From an uncultured Acidobacteriota bacterium (GTDB taxonomy: Bacteria; Acidobacteriota; Terriglobia; Acidiferrales; UBA7541): a DNA stretch of 64,000 nucleotides. The DNA lies in assembly GCA_963828865.1 (NCBI GenBank), contig CAWHGI010000011.1, positions 14,263 through 78,262 of the forward strand, in the 5' to 3' direction. Of the stretch, positions 9,706 to 18,402 are shown one piece after another. A program made the translations under genes and the position numbers. How positions within the stretch are numbered: position 1 is the stretch's first letter; each line of letters opens with the position of its first letter. Under the pieces are notes generated by a model. It searched no databases. It was not told the origin of the DNA and saw only the letters and a program-made list of their open reading frames with translations.

Positions 9706-12306
9706 ATGAAACGCCGCAAGCGCATGCTCGAAGAGCTCGACCAGGACATTCGCGAACACATCGAACGCGAAACGCAAGACAACATCGCGCGCGGCATGCC
9801 GCCCGACGAAGCGCGTTATGCGGCGCTGCGCAAATTCGGAAATGTCGCCCGCGTCCAGGAAGAAACCCGCGAAGTCTGGGCCAGTCTCTGGTTCGAACAA
9901 CTCCTGCAAGATGTGCGCTACGGATTTCGCCTGTTGCGTCGCAGTCCGCTTTTCGCCCTTGTGGCCATCTTCACTCTCGCCATCGGAATCGGTGCGAACA
10001 CCGCAATCTTCACAGTGGTTCATGCGATCCTGTTGCAGCCGCTTCCTTATCCCAATTCAGACCGCCTCGCCATCATCTGGTCGGGTCTGGGCGACGAGCT
10101 CCGTGCTCCCGCTTCGGAATACGAACTCGTGCAACTCCGCGAGCGCTCCCATCTGTTCGATCAGATCGGCGGAATCTGGGTGCGCAATTCCGTCGTTCCA
10201 GGCGAAGGCCGACCCGAGCAGGTAAAACTCGGCGTGGTGACGGACAATTTCCTTTCGTTGCTCAGCCGGAAGCCGGCCCTCGGCCGCCTGTTTACCCCAC
10301 AAGATGTGCTCGCCGACAAGCAAGACACGATGATCGTTTCCTATGGCCTCTGGCAACGAAGGTTCGGCGGCGATCCCGGCATCATCGGCCGCGCGTTACG
10401 AGTCGGCGACGGCGCCGTAACGATCGTCGGAGTTTTGCCGCAGGATTTCCGCCTGATTTTTCCAGACGACTCCAGCGTCCCGCCGAACGTTGATCTCTTT
10501 ACGCCGCTGGGATTCGCATCCGCCAAGCCGGACGGTCCGAGCTACCTTCGCACCATCGGGCGCCTACGTCCCGGCGCCACTTTCGCGCAAGCACAATCCG
10601 AATTCGATGAAATCACCGCGCAACTTCGCCGCACCGTGCCCGCGTTCGATGATCAGAAACTTTCCCTACACGTAGCGCCATTGCAAGACGATGACGTGCG
10701 CAATGTCCGCCGAACCCTTCTGCTGCTCTTTGGCGGCGTGGCCTTCGTATTGCTGATCGCGTGTGCCAACGTGGCCAACCTGCTCCTCGCGCGCTCGAGC
10801 TATCGCCTGCGCGAAACCACGGTTCGCCTCGCCATAGGCGCGCCGCGCAGCCGCATCATTCGCCAATTGCTTACCGAAAGCATCGTGCTGGGACTCACCG
10901 GCGGAATTGCCGCGATCGGAGTCGGCTGGCTCGCGTTAAAGGCCCTGCTGGCTCTCCGTCCCGAATCGCTATTGCGGCTGGGTTCGATTCAACTAAATCC
11001 AGCAGTGTTCGCCTATACGCTACTGATCTCGCTTGTGACCGGCATCATCTTCGGAATTGCGCCGGCATTGACGGCTAGCCGTGTGGATCTTCGTGACACG
11101 CTCAAAAGCGGCGGACGCGTCGCGGGAACGGGCGGCAAACTATCTCGCGCGGCGCTAATCACCGCTGAAGTTGCGCTCAGTTTCATTCTGCTGGTCGGCA
11201 CAGGCCTGCTCGTGCGCACATTCCTCGCCGTGCTCAATGTGAATCCCGGCTTCCAGCCCGACCACGTGCTCACATTCACAACCTCGCCAGGCGACTACAA
11301 GTTTGTGCACAAGCTGCAGCAAAAATTGCTGACGATTCCCGGCGTGCAATCTGCCTCGATCGTCTCCCATCTGCCGCTGGACGACAGCTACCCCAATTGG
11401 TACGACACCTATTACCCCGAAGGCGCTTCGCCATCAGAACAAAATACTATGCAAGCCGATGATCGTTCGATTCTGCCGGACTATTTCCAAACGATCGGCG
11501 CGACGCTGATCGAAGGGCGCGACTTCACCGACGCGGACGACGCCGCGCATGAGCACGTCGCCATCATTGATGACGCGCTCGCGAAGCAAACCTGGCCCGG
11601 ACAGGAACCGTTGGGCCGCAGACTGAATATCTCCGACTCGCCAAAAGGCTTCTACGAGTTCGAGCGCGACTGGGTGGTAGTCGTCGGCGTGGTCAAGCAC
11701 GTGCAATATCATTCGCTCACAAGGATGGTGCGGCCGCAAATCTACGTTCCGTTTCAGCTGGCGCCTCGCCCGGTGTCCTTTGTGCTGCGCGCCAGCGCTC
11801 CACTCGCCAGTTTGGCCGGACCGATTCGTACGGCGGTCGCCCAAGTGGATAAGAGCGCGCCGGTCGCAAAGCTTATCGCTCTCGATGAACTTGTGAAGCA
11901 AGCGCGCGCGCAAAACCGCTTCGTGGCCTTCCTCGCCGGAGCACTCGCCGCAACCGCGCTGTTCCTTGCGTGCATCGGAATTGCCGGCGTCACCGCGTTT
12001 TCGATCGCGCAACGCACCAGCGAAATCGGTATACGCATGGCGCTAGGCGCTAGCCCGGGCGAAATCCTCCGCATGATTCTCGGTCAAAACCTGCGTCCAG
12101 TAATTGGGGGGCTGCTTGTGGGGTTGTGCGTATCGTTCGCCGTCACGCCCTTGATGGAAACTCTTTTATTTGGCGTCGAGCCCGGCGATCCGCTGACATT
12201 CGTTTCGATCTCGGCGTTCTTGCTCTTGGTGGGAATTCTGGCTTGTTATCTTCCAGCGTTGCGCGCCACGCGAATCGAACCGATCATCGCCCTGCGCTAC
12301 GAATAA
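9706..12306 (+). CDS. ADOP-family duplicated MacB/FtsX-type ABC permease
   Basis: 866 aa. It has the characteristic N-terminus LEELDQDIREHIERETQDNIARGMPPDEARYAALRKFGNV and two MacB_PCD/FtsX halves, which is a hallmark of Acidobacteria. Confidence 0.85.
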   Translation: MKRRKRMLEELDQDIREHIERETQDNIARGMPPDEARYAALRKFGNVARVQEETREVWASLWFEQLLQDVRYGFRLLRRSPLFALVAIFTLAIGIGANTAIFTVVHAILLQPLPYPNSDRLAIIWSGLGDELRAPASEYELVQLRERSHLFDQIGGIWVRNSVVPGEGRPEQVKLGVVTDNFLSLLSRKPALGRLFTPQDVLADKQDTMIVSYGLWQRRFGGDPGIIGRALRVGDGAVTIVGVLPQDFRLIFPDDSSVPPNVDLFTPLGFASAKPDGPSYLRTIGRLRPGATFAQAQSEFDEITAQLRRTVPAFDDQKLSLHVAPLQDDDVRNVRRTLLLLFGGVAFVLLIACANVANLLLARSSYRLRETTVRLAIGAPRSRIIRQLLTESIVLGLTGGIAAIGVGWLALKALLALRPESLLRLGSIQLNPAVFAYTLLISLVTGIIFGIAPALTASRVDLRDTLKSGGRVAGTGGKLSRAALITAEVALSFILLVGTGLLVRTFLAVLNVNPGFQPDHVLTFTTSPGDYKFVHKLQQKLLTIPGVQSASIVSHLPLDDSYPNWYDTYYPEGASPSEQNTMQADDRSILPDYFQTIGATLIEGRDFTDADDAAHEHVAIIDDALAKQTWPGQEPLGRRLNISDSPKGFYEFERDWVVVVGVVKHVQYHSLTRMVRPQIYVPFQLAPRPVSFVLRASAPLASLAGPIRTAVAQVDKSAPVAKLIALDELVKQARAQNRFVAFLAGALAATALFLACIGIAGVTAFSIAQRTSEIGIRMALGASPGEILRMILGQNLRPVIGGLLVGLCVSFAVTPLMETLLFGVEPGDPLTFVSISAFLLLVGILACYLPALRATRIEPIIALRYE

Positions 12307-12315
12307 TTCGCGCCA

Positions 12316-13422
12316 CTACTTTTTCCCGACGACTTCCACTACCGATCTAGCTACGTAGTTGACCTGCTCCGCGGTCATCCCCGGAAAGATCGGAAGACTC
12401 AACACGCGTTCGCACGCGCGTTCCGCGTTTGGAAATGTTCCGGCAGGATAGCCGAGCGAAGAGTAGGCCGGCTGCAGATGGACCGGCTTGGGATAGTGCA
12501 CGGAGGTCTCAATGCCGCGTTCGGCAAGCTGCGCGATCACCGCATTGCGGTTGCTCACGTAAACCACGAACTGGTGGTACACGCATTCGTCGCGTGGATC
12601 GTCCACGGGCATCATGAGCCGTGCTCCTTCCAGCATCCGACGGTATTCGCGCGCGATTTCCCGGCGCCTTTCCGTCCAGCCATGCAATCGGCGAAGCTTG
12701 ATGCGCAGCACAGCGCCCTGGAATCCGTCCATACGATAGTTGTAGCCGGGAAATTCGTGGTCGTAGCGCGCGGTTTGCCCATGCGAACGCGCCGCGCGGG
12801 CGAATTTCGCTACCGCATCGTCGTTTGTCGTCAGCGCCCCAGCCTCTCCGTACGCGCCGAGATTTTTCGTCGGATAAAAACTGAACGCCGCCGCGTGGCC
12901 CAGAGATCCTATACGTTGCTTATGGTAGCGCGCGGCGTGCGCCTGCGCGGCGTCTTCCAAAATCCGCAAATTGCGTCGCGCAGCGATCTCGCGAATCGCG
13001 TCCATATCCGCCGGGCGGCCATATAGATGTACCGGAATGATGGCGCGGCTGCGCGGCGTAATCGCTCGCTCGATCAACTTCGCATCAATATTCGCCGTGG
13101 CCGGATCAATATCCACAAATACGGGACGCGCGCCGCAATACGTAATCGCTTCAGCCGTAGCCAGAAACGTATTCGGCGTAGTGATGACGTCATCGCCCGG
13201 CTGCACTCCCAGCGCCAGCAGCCCCACATGCAGCGCCGCCGTTCCATTGCCCAACGCAACGCAGTGGCATGTCCCGCAGAAATCGGCGAACTCGCGCTCA
13301 AACGCCTCCACTTCCGCGCCCTGCACAAATGAGGAATTCTGGCAGACGCGGTCCAGCGCCGGCAGAATCTCATCACGCAGTTCTGCGTACTCGGCTTTTA
13401 GATCAAGCAGGGGAACTTTCAT
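12316..13422 (-). CDS. DegT/DnrJ/EryC1/StrS-family sugar aminotransferase
   Basis: 368 aa with N-terminus VPLLDLKAEYAELRDEI, plus YGRPADMD and FSFYPTKNLGAYGEAG family motifs. Confidence 0.85.
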   Translation of the reverse strand: MKVPLLDLKAEYAELRDEILPALDRVCQNSSFVQGAEVEAFEREFADFCGTCHCVALGNGTAALHVGLLALGVQPGDDVITTPNTFLATAEAITYCGARPVFVDIDPATANIDAKLIERAITPRSRAIIPVHLYGRPADMDAIREIAARRNLRILEDAAQAHAARYHKQRIGSLGHAAAFSFYPTKNLGAYGEAGALTTNDDAVAKFARAARSHGQTARYDHEFPGYNYRMDGFQGAVLRIKLRRLHGWTERRREIAREYRRMLEGARLMMPVDDPRDECVYHQFVVYVSNRNAVIAQLAERGIETSVHYPKPVHLQPAYSSLGYPAGTFPNAERACERVLSLPIFPGMTAEQVNYVARSVVEVVGKK

Positions 13423-13585
13423 CAGGCGCGCCTTTCAGGACAATGAAAACTCTACTGTACCGCGAGCCGCGCCACAAGCCGTCGGCTCAGCGGCGCTGAG
13501 AACGCTAAGTAGGGGCGCTGCTTGTCGGGGATCCGCCGCAGGAGGGCTGCGCCCCTGGTACGCACGGTTTCCAAAGAATGCGTCG

Positions 13586-14407
13586 CTAGATATGCGTCAG
13601 CGTCCCAGTAATCTTCGTTCGGCGCAGCGCCCAAGAAAACACCACGAACGACGCCGGAATCAAGGTGACCGCGAAGATCAGCAAAGCCGCAATCGAAGGC
13701 CACAATTGATTCCATCCCGCACCCGAAAGCAGCGCCGCGCGCATCCCCTCGAGCGAATACGTCACCGGAATCAATCGCGCCAAAATCCGCAATGGCTCCG
13801 GAAGCACGCTCACCGGATACATCATCCCGCCCACCAGACTCGAAACGCCCAGTACGACCCACTTCGCGGGGTTCCCGCGCTTAAAGAGAATTGTATAACT
13901 GGCCGATAATATTCCTAGTCCTGCAAACGCGAGAATGGAGGCCAGCAGTATCACCACCGCTCCCGCCCAGTTGGCCGCCCGCGGCGCGAACCCGAAAAGC
14001 AGCGCGCCCCACGCGAGATACACGCACGTCCGCAGCGCCAAAGCAGTGAATGGATACACCGCGGAACCCGCGAGGATCACCGGCAGCGGTGTTTGCGTCA
14101 CCAGCAACGCCTCCAGAGTCCGGTTCTGGCGTGCCTCCTCGATGCTCGAATCGAAGGCCGTCATGGATACGCTCAGGTAATCGAAAAATGCGAAGCCAAC
14201 CAGCGCAAACGCGAAGTAGCTTCCTCCCGCAGGCAGCGCCTTCGTTAACTCCGGGCTTTCCACGAAGCGCGATAGGTAATAAAACGTCGCGACGCCGAAT
14301 AGAGCCTCCAGCATTTCCAGCAGAAACGCTCCGCGATACCCGCGAGCAATCGCAAAATCGCGCGCGAAAAATGCCGCAACCTTTCGCAAAGCCCGCACCG
14401 GCTTCAT
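13586..14407 (-). CDS. ABC-2-type transporter permease
   Basis: The start MKPVRALRKVAAFFARDFAIARGYR at 14407 overlaps the upstream ATPase stop as ATGA. The protein has about six hydrophobic segments. Confidence 0.75.
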   Translation of the reverse strand: MKPVRALRKVAAFFARDFAIARGYRGAFLLEMLEALFGVATFYYLSRFVESPELTKALPAGGSYFAFALVGFAFFDYLSVSMTAFDSSIEEARQNRTLEALLVTQTPLPVILAGSAVYPFTALALRTCVYLAWGALLFGFAPRAANWAGAVVILLASILAFAGLGILSASYTILFKRGNPAKWVVLGVSSLVGGMMYPVSVLPEPLRILARLIPVTYSLEGMRAALLSGAGWNQLWPSIAALLIFAVTLIPASFVVFSWALRRTKITGTLTHI

Positions 14408-15219
14408 GGCTGCGCGTCGTCCACTGTCACCCGGTGTCGCGCCAGACGCGTGATCGCGTCCGCGAACGTTGTAGCGCCTGCCTTCGCGCACAGCCCGCGC
14501 GGAGAATCGAACGCGACGACGCGGCCTTCCTCGAGCAGGATCACGCGGTCGGCAATTTCTTCCACTTCGCTAAGAGTGTGCGAAGCAAAGAGCAGTGTCG
14601 TCCCGTGCCGACGAACCAAGTCGTCTTTCAGCAACCGGCGAAAATCCGCAGCTGCCAGCGGATCGAGGCTGCGGGTGGGTTCATCGAGCAACAGAATCGC
14701 AGGCTCGTGCAGCAGCGCGCGGGCGAGCCCCAGACGGTGCGTCATGCCGGTCGAATAAGTCCGCACCTGCCGGTCGAGTTCGGCGCCGATGCCCATCCGT
14801 TCGGCGGCGAGCTTGATGCGGCTGCGCGCCTCGGCGCCGGAAATATTGTTCATGGCTGCAAAGAAAGCCAGATTTTCGCGGCCGCTCAAGCGAGTGTAAA
14901 AACCTTCATCGCCTCCGGTGTGATAGCCAAACTGATAGCGCGCATGTGCCGCCTCGCGCTCGACGTCGCAGCCTCCAATCGCCGCGCGGCCTCGCGTGGG
15001 GATAATCAAGGTAGCAAGCACGCGGAGAAGAGTGGACTTTCCCGCGCCATTCGGCCCAACGATTGCTACCACCTCCGCGGGTTGGACCGAAAAGGAAATT
15101 CCTGCCAGCGCTCGCTCCGTCGGCCGGGAAACCGGCTGCAGCAATGCGCGCCACCCGGTGCGCGCCGGCGGAAAATATTTTTCGAGGGACTCCACCGAAA
15201 TAGCGGGCGCGGGCATCAC
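14404..15219 (-). CDS. ABC transporter ATP-binding protein
   Basis: Walker A GPNGAGKST, signature YSTGMTHRL and Walker B ILLLDEP. Confidence 0.85.
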   Translation of the reverse strand: MMPAPAISVESLEKYFPPARTGWRALLQPVSRPTERALAGISFSVQPAEVVAIVGPNGAGKSTLLRVLATLIIPTRGRAAIGGCDVEREAAHARYQFGYHTGGDEGFYTRLSGRENLAFFAAMNNISGAEARSRIKLAAERMGIGAELDRQVRTYSTGMTHRLGLARALLHEPAILLLDEPTRSLDPLAAADFRRLLKDDLVRRHGTTLLFASHTLSEVEEIADRVILLEEGRVVAFDSPRGLCAKAGATTFADAITRLARHRVTVDDAQP

Positions 15220-15262
15220 GCTGGTTATAACCGAATTCGCCGTAGCGAAGCTAGTTCCACCG

Positions 15263-15291
15263 TTGCTGTTCGCGGCGGGTGCCAGTAGAAT
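15263..15291 (+). promoter_or_regulatory. Candidate sigma70-like promoter for the lasso operon
   Basis: TTGCTG (15263-15268), a 17-nt spacer, then TAGAAT (15286-15291), in the divergent intergenic region. A GGGAG RBS precedes ATG 15398. Confidence 0.3.
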
Positions 15292-15397
15292 AGGGGGCGA
15301 CGACTTGATAAGCGCAGGGCGTGCCTATCCAATCGTACCTCCGCCGTAAGCCAAGGCGGCGGAACAAACCCAGCCCGACACCAAGGGAGCGGCCGCA

Positions 15398-15697
15398 ATG
15401 GACGCACCTCTTTCCTTGCATACGGTTGTAGTCGTATCCGCCGAACAGGTTTCGTGTCCCCTCGGCGAAGAAGCAGCCATTCTGAATCTGAAGAACAGCG
15501 TCTACTACGGCATGAATCCCGTGGGCGCGCGTATTTGGGAGTTGCTCAAGCAGCCCAAGCGCGTCAGCGAATTGCGCGATCTCTTGCTCGACGAATACGA
15601 AGTCGAGCCGGAGCGTTGCTCACAGGACTTACTCGCCTTGCTCCAGAAAATGCGCGAGGAAGGCTTGATCGAAGTAGAGGCTGCGGCGGCTGTGTAG
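15398..15697 (+). CDS. PqqD-family RiPP recognition element (lasso peptide B1 protein)
   Basis: 99 aa with ...GEEAAILNLKNSVYYGMNPVGARIWELL...ELRDLLLDEYEV...DLLALLQKMREEGLI, a typical PqqD/RRE. The reading frame is intact. Confidence 0.8.
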   Translation: MDAPLSLHTVVVVSAEQVSCPLGEEAAILNLKNSVYYGMNPVGARIWELLKQPKRVSELRDLLLDEYEVEPERCSQDLLALLQKMREEGLIEVEAAAAV

Positions 15698-15771
15698 CGA
15701 CACGCGACTTTGTTTCGCGCCGCGGGTTGAAACAACGCAAGTCGCGGCAGGCCCGGAGAAACCAGAGAATC

Positions 15772-16243
15772 ATGATCGAGCGTTTCGCAAGATTTCAGCG
15801 GCTGAGCTCTTTCGAGCGCGGCGTCGTCCTCGAAGCGGCGGGCGGGCTGCTCGCCACCTGGCTCGGTTTGCGCCTCATCGGCTTTCGCCGCTGGGAACGC
15901 GTGCTCGCTGTATTCGCGCCGCCAGAAAACGCAACCGCGCTGGCGCCAGCCGCATCGGAGCAGGAGTCCGCGCTCTCTGATCGCGCGGATGGAAGCGGCG
16001 GCGGCGCGTAATGTTTTGTTCCAGCCGAACTGCCTCGAGCAGTCGCTCGTGCTCTGGTGGCTGCTGCGCCGGCGCGGCATCGCCGCGGACCTGCGCATCG
16101 GCGCGCGCAAGGATTCCGACCGCTTCGAAGCGCACGCTTGGGTGGAATTTGGCTCTCAGGTTCTGAACGATGCGGGCGCCGAGCATCGCCATTTCATTCC
16201 GTTCGAGAAGCCCATCCTTTCCATGGAGGCGCGCATCGAGTGA
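15772..16243 (+). pseudogene. Lasso peptide B2 leader peptidase (transglutaminase-like Cys protease), one frame change
   Basis: The N-terminal part MIERFARFQRLSSFERGVVLEAAGGLLATWLGLRL is in frame 1 and stops at 16011. The catalytic part ARMEAAAARNVLFQPNCLEQSL...EAHAWVEFGSQVLND (Cys/His/Asp) is in frame 2. The junction lies near the ctctct run at about 15972-15980. Confidence 0.75.
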
Positions 16244-17957
16244 GCGGCATCGTCGGCATGTACGAACGCAGTGGCGCGCCGGTAGATCGCACGCTGTTGC
16301 AGGCCCTCGCTCATTTTCTTTCCTACTGCGGTCCGGACGCGCGCGACACCTGGTCTCACGGCCCGTCGGCTTGGGCCACACGATGTTCCGCACCACGCGC
16401 GCTTCGCAATTCGAACGCCAGCCCGCCAGCCTCGCCGGTCGGCTTTGGATTACAGCCGACGCCAGAATTGACTGCCGAGACGAGCTCCTGGGCAAGCTGA
16501 CCGAGCGCGAGGGCGGCAAGCTCTCCGGCCCCATCGCCACCGATTCCGATTTGATTTTGCGTTCCTACGCCGTCTGGGGCGCCGACTGCGTCCAGCATCT
16601 GCGCGGGGATTTTGCCTTCGCCATCTGGGACGCGCAGCAAAAGCTTCTTTTCTGCGCGCGCGACCATTTTGGAATCAAGCCATTCTATTATTCCGAATTG
16701 GGAGAGCTGTTTCTCTTCAGCAACGTGCTCGATTGCCTGCGCCAGCATCCCGAACTCTCCTCGGACCTAAACGACGCAGCCATCGGCGACTTCCTCCTGT
16801 TCGGTCTGAATTGCGACGTCGCCACCACCACGTTCCGCGATATTCGCCGCTTGCCGCCGGCGCACTGCATGACGGTATCTTCCGACGACTTGCGCATCCA
16901 GCGCTACTGGTCCGCGCCCACCGAAGGCCGCATCCGCTATCAGCGCGCCGAAGATTACGTCGAGCATTTCCAGATTCTCCTGCAAGCCGCAGTCGCCGAC
17001 CGCATGGCCGCCGATCGCACCGGGATTTTGCTGAGTGGCGGCCTAGATTCCGGCACGGTCGCAGCCACCGCCCGCGAACTTTCCACCCGTCCCGGCAGCC
17101 CCAAAGATTTGCGCGCCTACACCGTGGTCTACGACTCGCTGTTCCACGACGAAGAAGGCGCCTACGCCCAGCGAAACCGCCGACTTCCTCAAGATTCCCA
17201 TCCGCTTCATCCCCATGGATCACGTCCAACCCTTCGAACGCTGGGACGATCCGTGCGTCAGCATTCCCGAGCCGGTAGATGACCCGTGCTTCGCCGGCCT
17301 CTTCGACCAATTTCAAGCCATCGCCACAGATTGCCGCGTGGTGCTTTCCGGCGAAGGCAACGACAGCCTCATGCACTTTCAGATGATGCCGTACATGAAA
17401 GACATGATGCGCAATCGCGAATGGCAAAAGCTTCCTGGCGGAAACTTCGCGGTACATCTGGCTGCGGCCTTCCGCCCTGCCTGGAGTGTGGCGTAGGATT
17501 AAGGGACTTTTAGGAACGACGGCGCCACTCCGCAATTTCCGCGCTGGTTGGCGCCAGACTTCACGCGCCGATTGGGTTTGCAAGACGCGCGTAAGAGAAT
17601 GGAACCAGCTCGTCCCTGGTTCTCCGTCTCACCCTGTCCTGCCCGGAGGCGTACGCCTCGCTCTCGCCGTCCTACTGGTCCCACATGTTCGAACTCGAAA
17701 ATCCCGGCGTCTCGCGCTACCCAGTGGAGGTTCGTCATCCATTCTTCGATCTGCGCATCGTCAATTACTTGCTCGCGCTCCCGCCTTTTCCTTTGTTTTT
17801 CGAGAAGAAGCTGCTCCGCGAGGCAGTTGCAGGCCGCCTGCCCGAGAAAATTCGCACCCGCCGCAAGAGTCCCCTGGCTGGAGATCCGCTGGTCGCGCAC
17901 GTCGGGCAGCGGCAGACGCCCTGGATCGAGCAGCTCGCATGGGCCGACAGAGATTAG
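16240..17957 (+). pseudogene. Lasso peptide lactam synthetase (asparagine-synthetase-like C protein), about 6 frame changes
   Basis: GTG 16240 overlaps the B2 stop as GTGA. Homologous segments read in frames 1,3,1,2,1,2,3: VSGIVGMYERSG...TWSHGP / VGLGHTMF...ILLSGGLDSG...GAYAQ / ETADFLKIPIRFIP...SGEGNDS / WLRPSALPGVWRRIKGLLG / DGATPQFPRWLAPDFTRRLGL / REWNQLVPGSPSHPVLP / EAYASLSPSYWSHMFE...VEVRHPFFDLRIV. Switches are at about 16362, 17170, 17455, 17515, 17590 and 17648. Confidence 0.8.
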
Positions 17958-18054
17958 CTCGTACGTTGACAAGTCCGCATTGACGCTGTTCGAAAACGAA
18001 ACGCTTCCGGCGAAGATGGACACCGACGTTCGCCCTCTTTGCCTCAACTTTTGG

Positions 18055-18084
18055 TTGCAGTCAGCGCGCAGAGTCCGGTATAAC
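18055..18084 (+). promoter_or_regulatory. Possible dedicated promoter for the precursor gene
   Basis: TTGCAG (18055-18060), an 18-nt spacer, then TATAAC (18079-18084), about 20 nt upstream of ATG 18104. Confidence 0.25.
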
Positions 18085-18103
18085 TTGCGTGCGGAGGTTC
18101 GCA

Positions 18104-18247
18104 ATGCTTAAGCCCGTAAAACGGGTGAAGAAGCCCTATTCATCTCCTATCATAACGATGTACGGTACGGTTCAGGAGTTGACGCAAAACAAAATGGGTA
18201 GCAGGGGCAACGACGGCGCCAAGAAGCCTAAGAACCGCAGCGGCTAG
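18104..18247 (+). CDS. Candidate lasso-peptide precursor (47 aa; not in the ORF track)
   Basis: MLKPVKRVKKPYSSPIITMYGTVQELTQNKMGSRGNDGAKKPKNRSG. A GGAGG RBS sits 6 nt upstream, and there is an alternative GTG start at 18125 (VKKPY...). The leader fits YxxPx(L/I)xxxGxxxxxTx exactly. The predicted core is NKMGSRGNDGAKKPKNRSG with Asp at position 9. Confidence 0.6.
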   Translation: MLKPVKRVKKPYSSPIITMYGTVQELTQNKMGSRGNDGAKKPKNRSG

Positions 18248-18359
18248 TGCCGACGTTCGCCCGCAATCGCGGGAATCGGAGTCACCTGCAAGCAAACGAG
18301 CCCGTCGCATGAGTTGCCGGAAACGTCCGGCCCTAACTGAAAATTCTCGCGAATTCGAG

Positions 18360-18382
18360 ATGCGGCTCAGGGCGCATTTTTT
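18360..18382 (+). terminator. Weak hairpin plus T-run between the precursor and kinase genes
   Basis: ATGCG (18360-64) pairs with CGCAT (18373-77) around an 8-nt loop, followed by TTTTTT. The stem is only 5 bp, so this is at best an attenuator. Confidence 0.25.
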
Positions 18383-18402
18383 CACGACGTGGACTGCATC
18401 CT

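Noticed and set aside
16240-16260. Absence of the N-terminal catalytic Cys (VSGIVG instead of MCGI) as further evidence that the cyclase is decaying
   Set aside because: Lasso cyclases are Asn-synthetase homologues that generally do not need the glutaminase Cys, so this is expected rather than a defect.
18245-18343. Read-through of the precursor TAG, since the frame stays open for 32 more codons
   Set aside because: The extension (CRRSPAIAGIGVTCKQ...) would give a core far longer than known lasso peptides, and the 19-aa core already has a sensible ring acceptor. There is no evidence for suppression.
18140-18385. 81-aa minus-strand ORF overlapping the precursor region
   Set aside because: It is antisense to a much better supported precursor ORF that has an RBS and leader motif. 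Its composition is Arg/Leu-rich, typical of GC-rich shadow frames, and I see no RBS.
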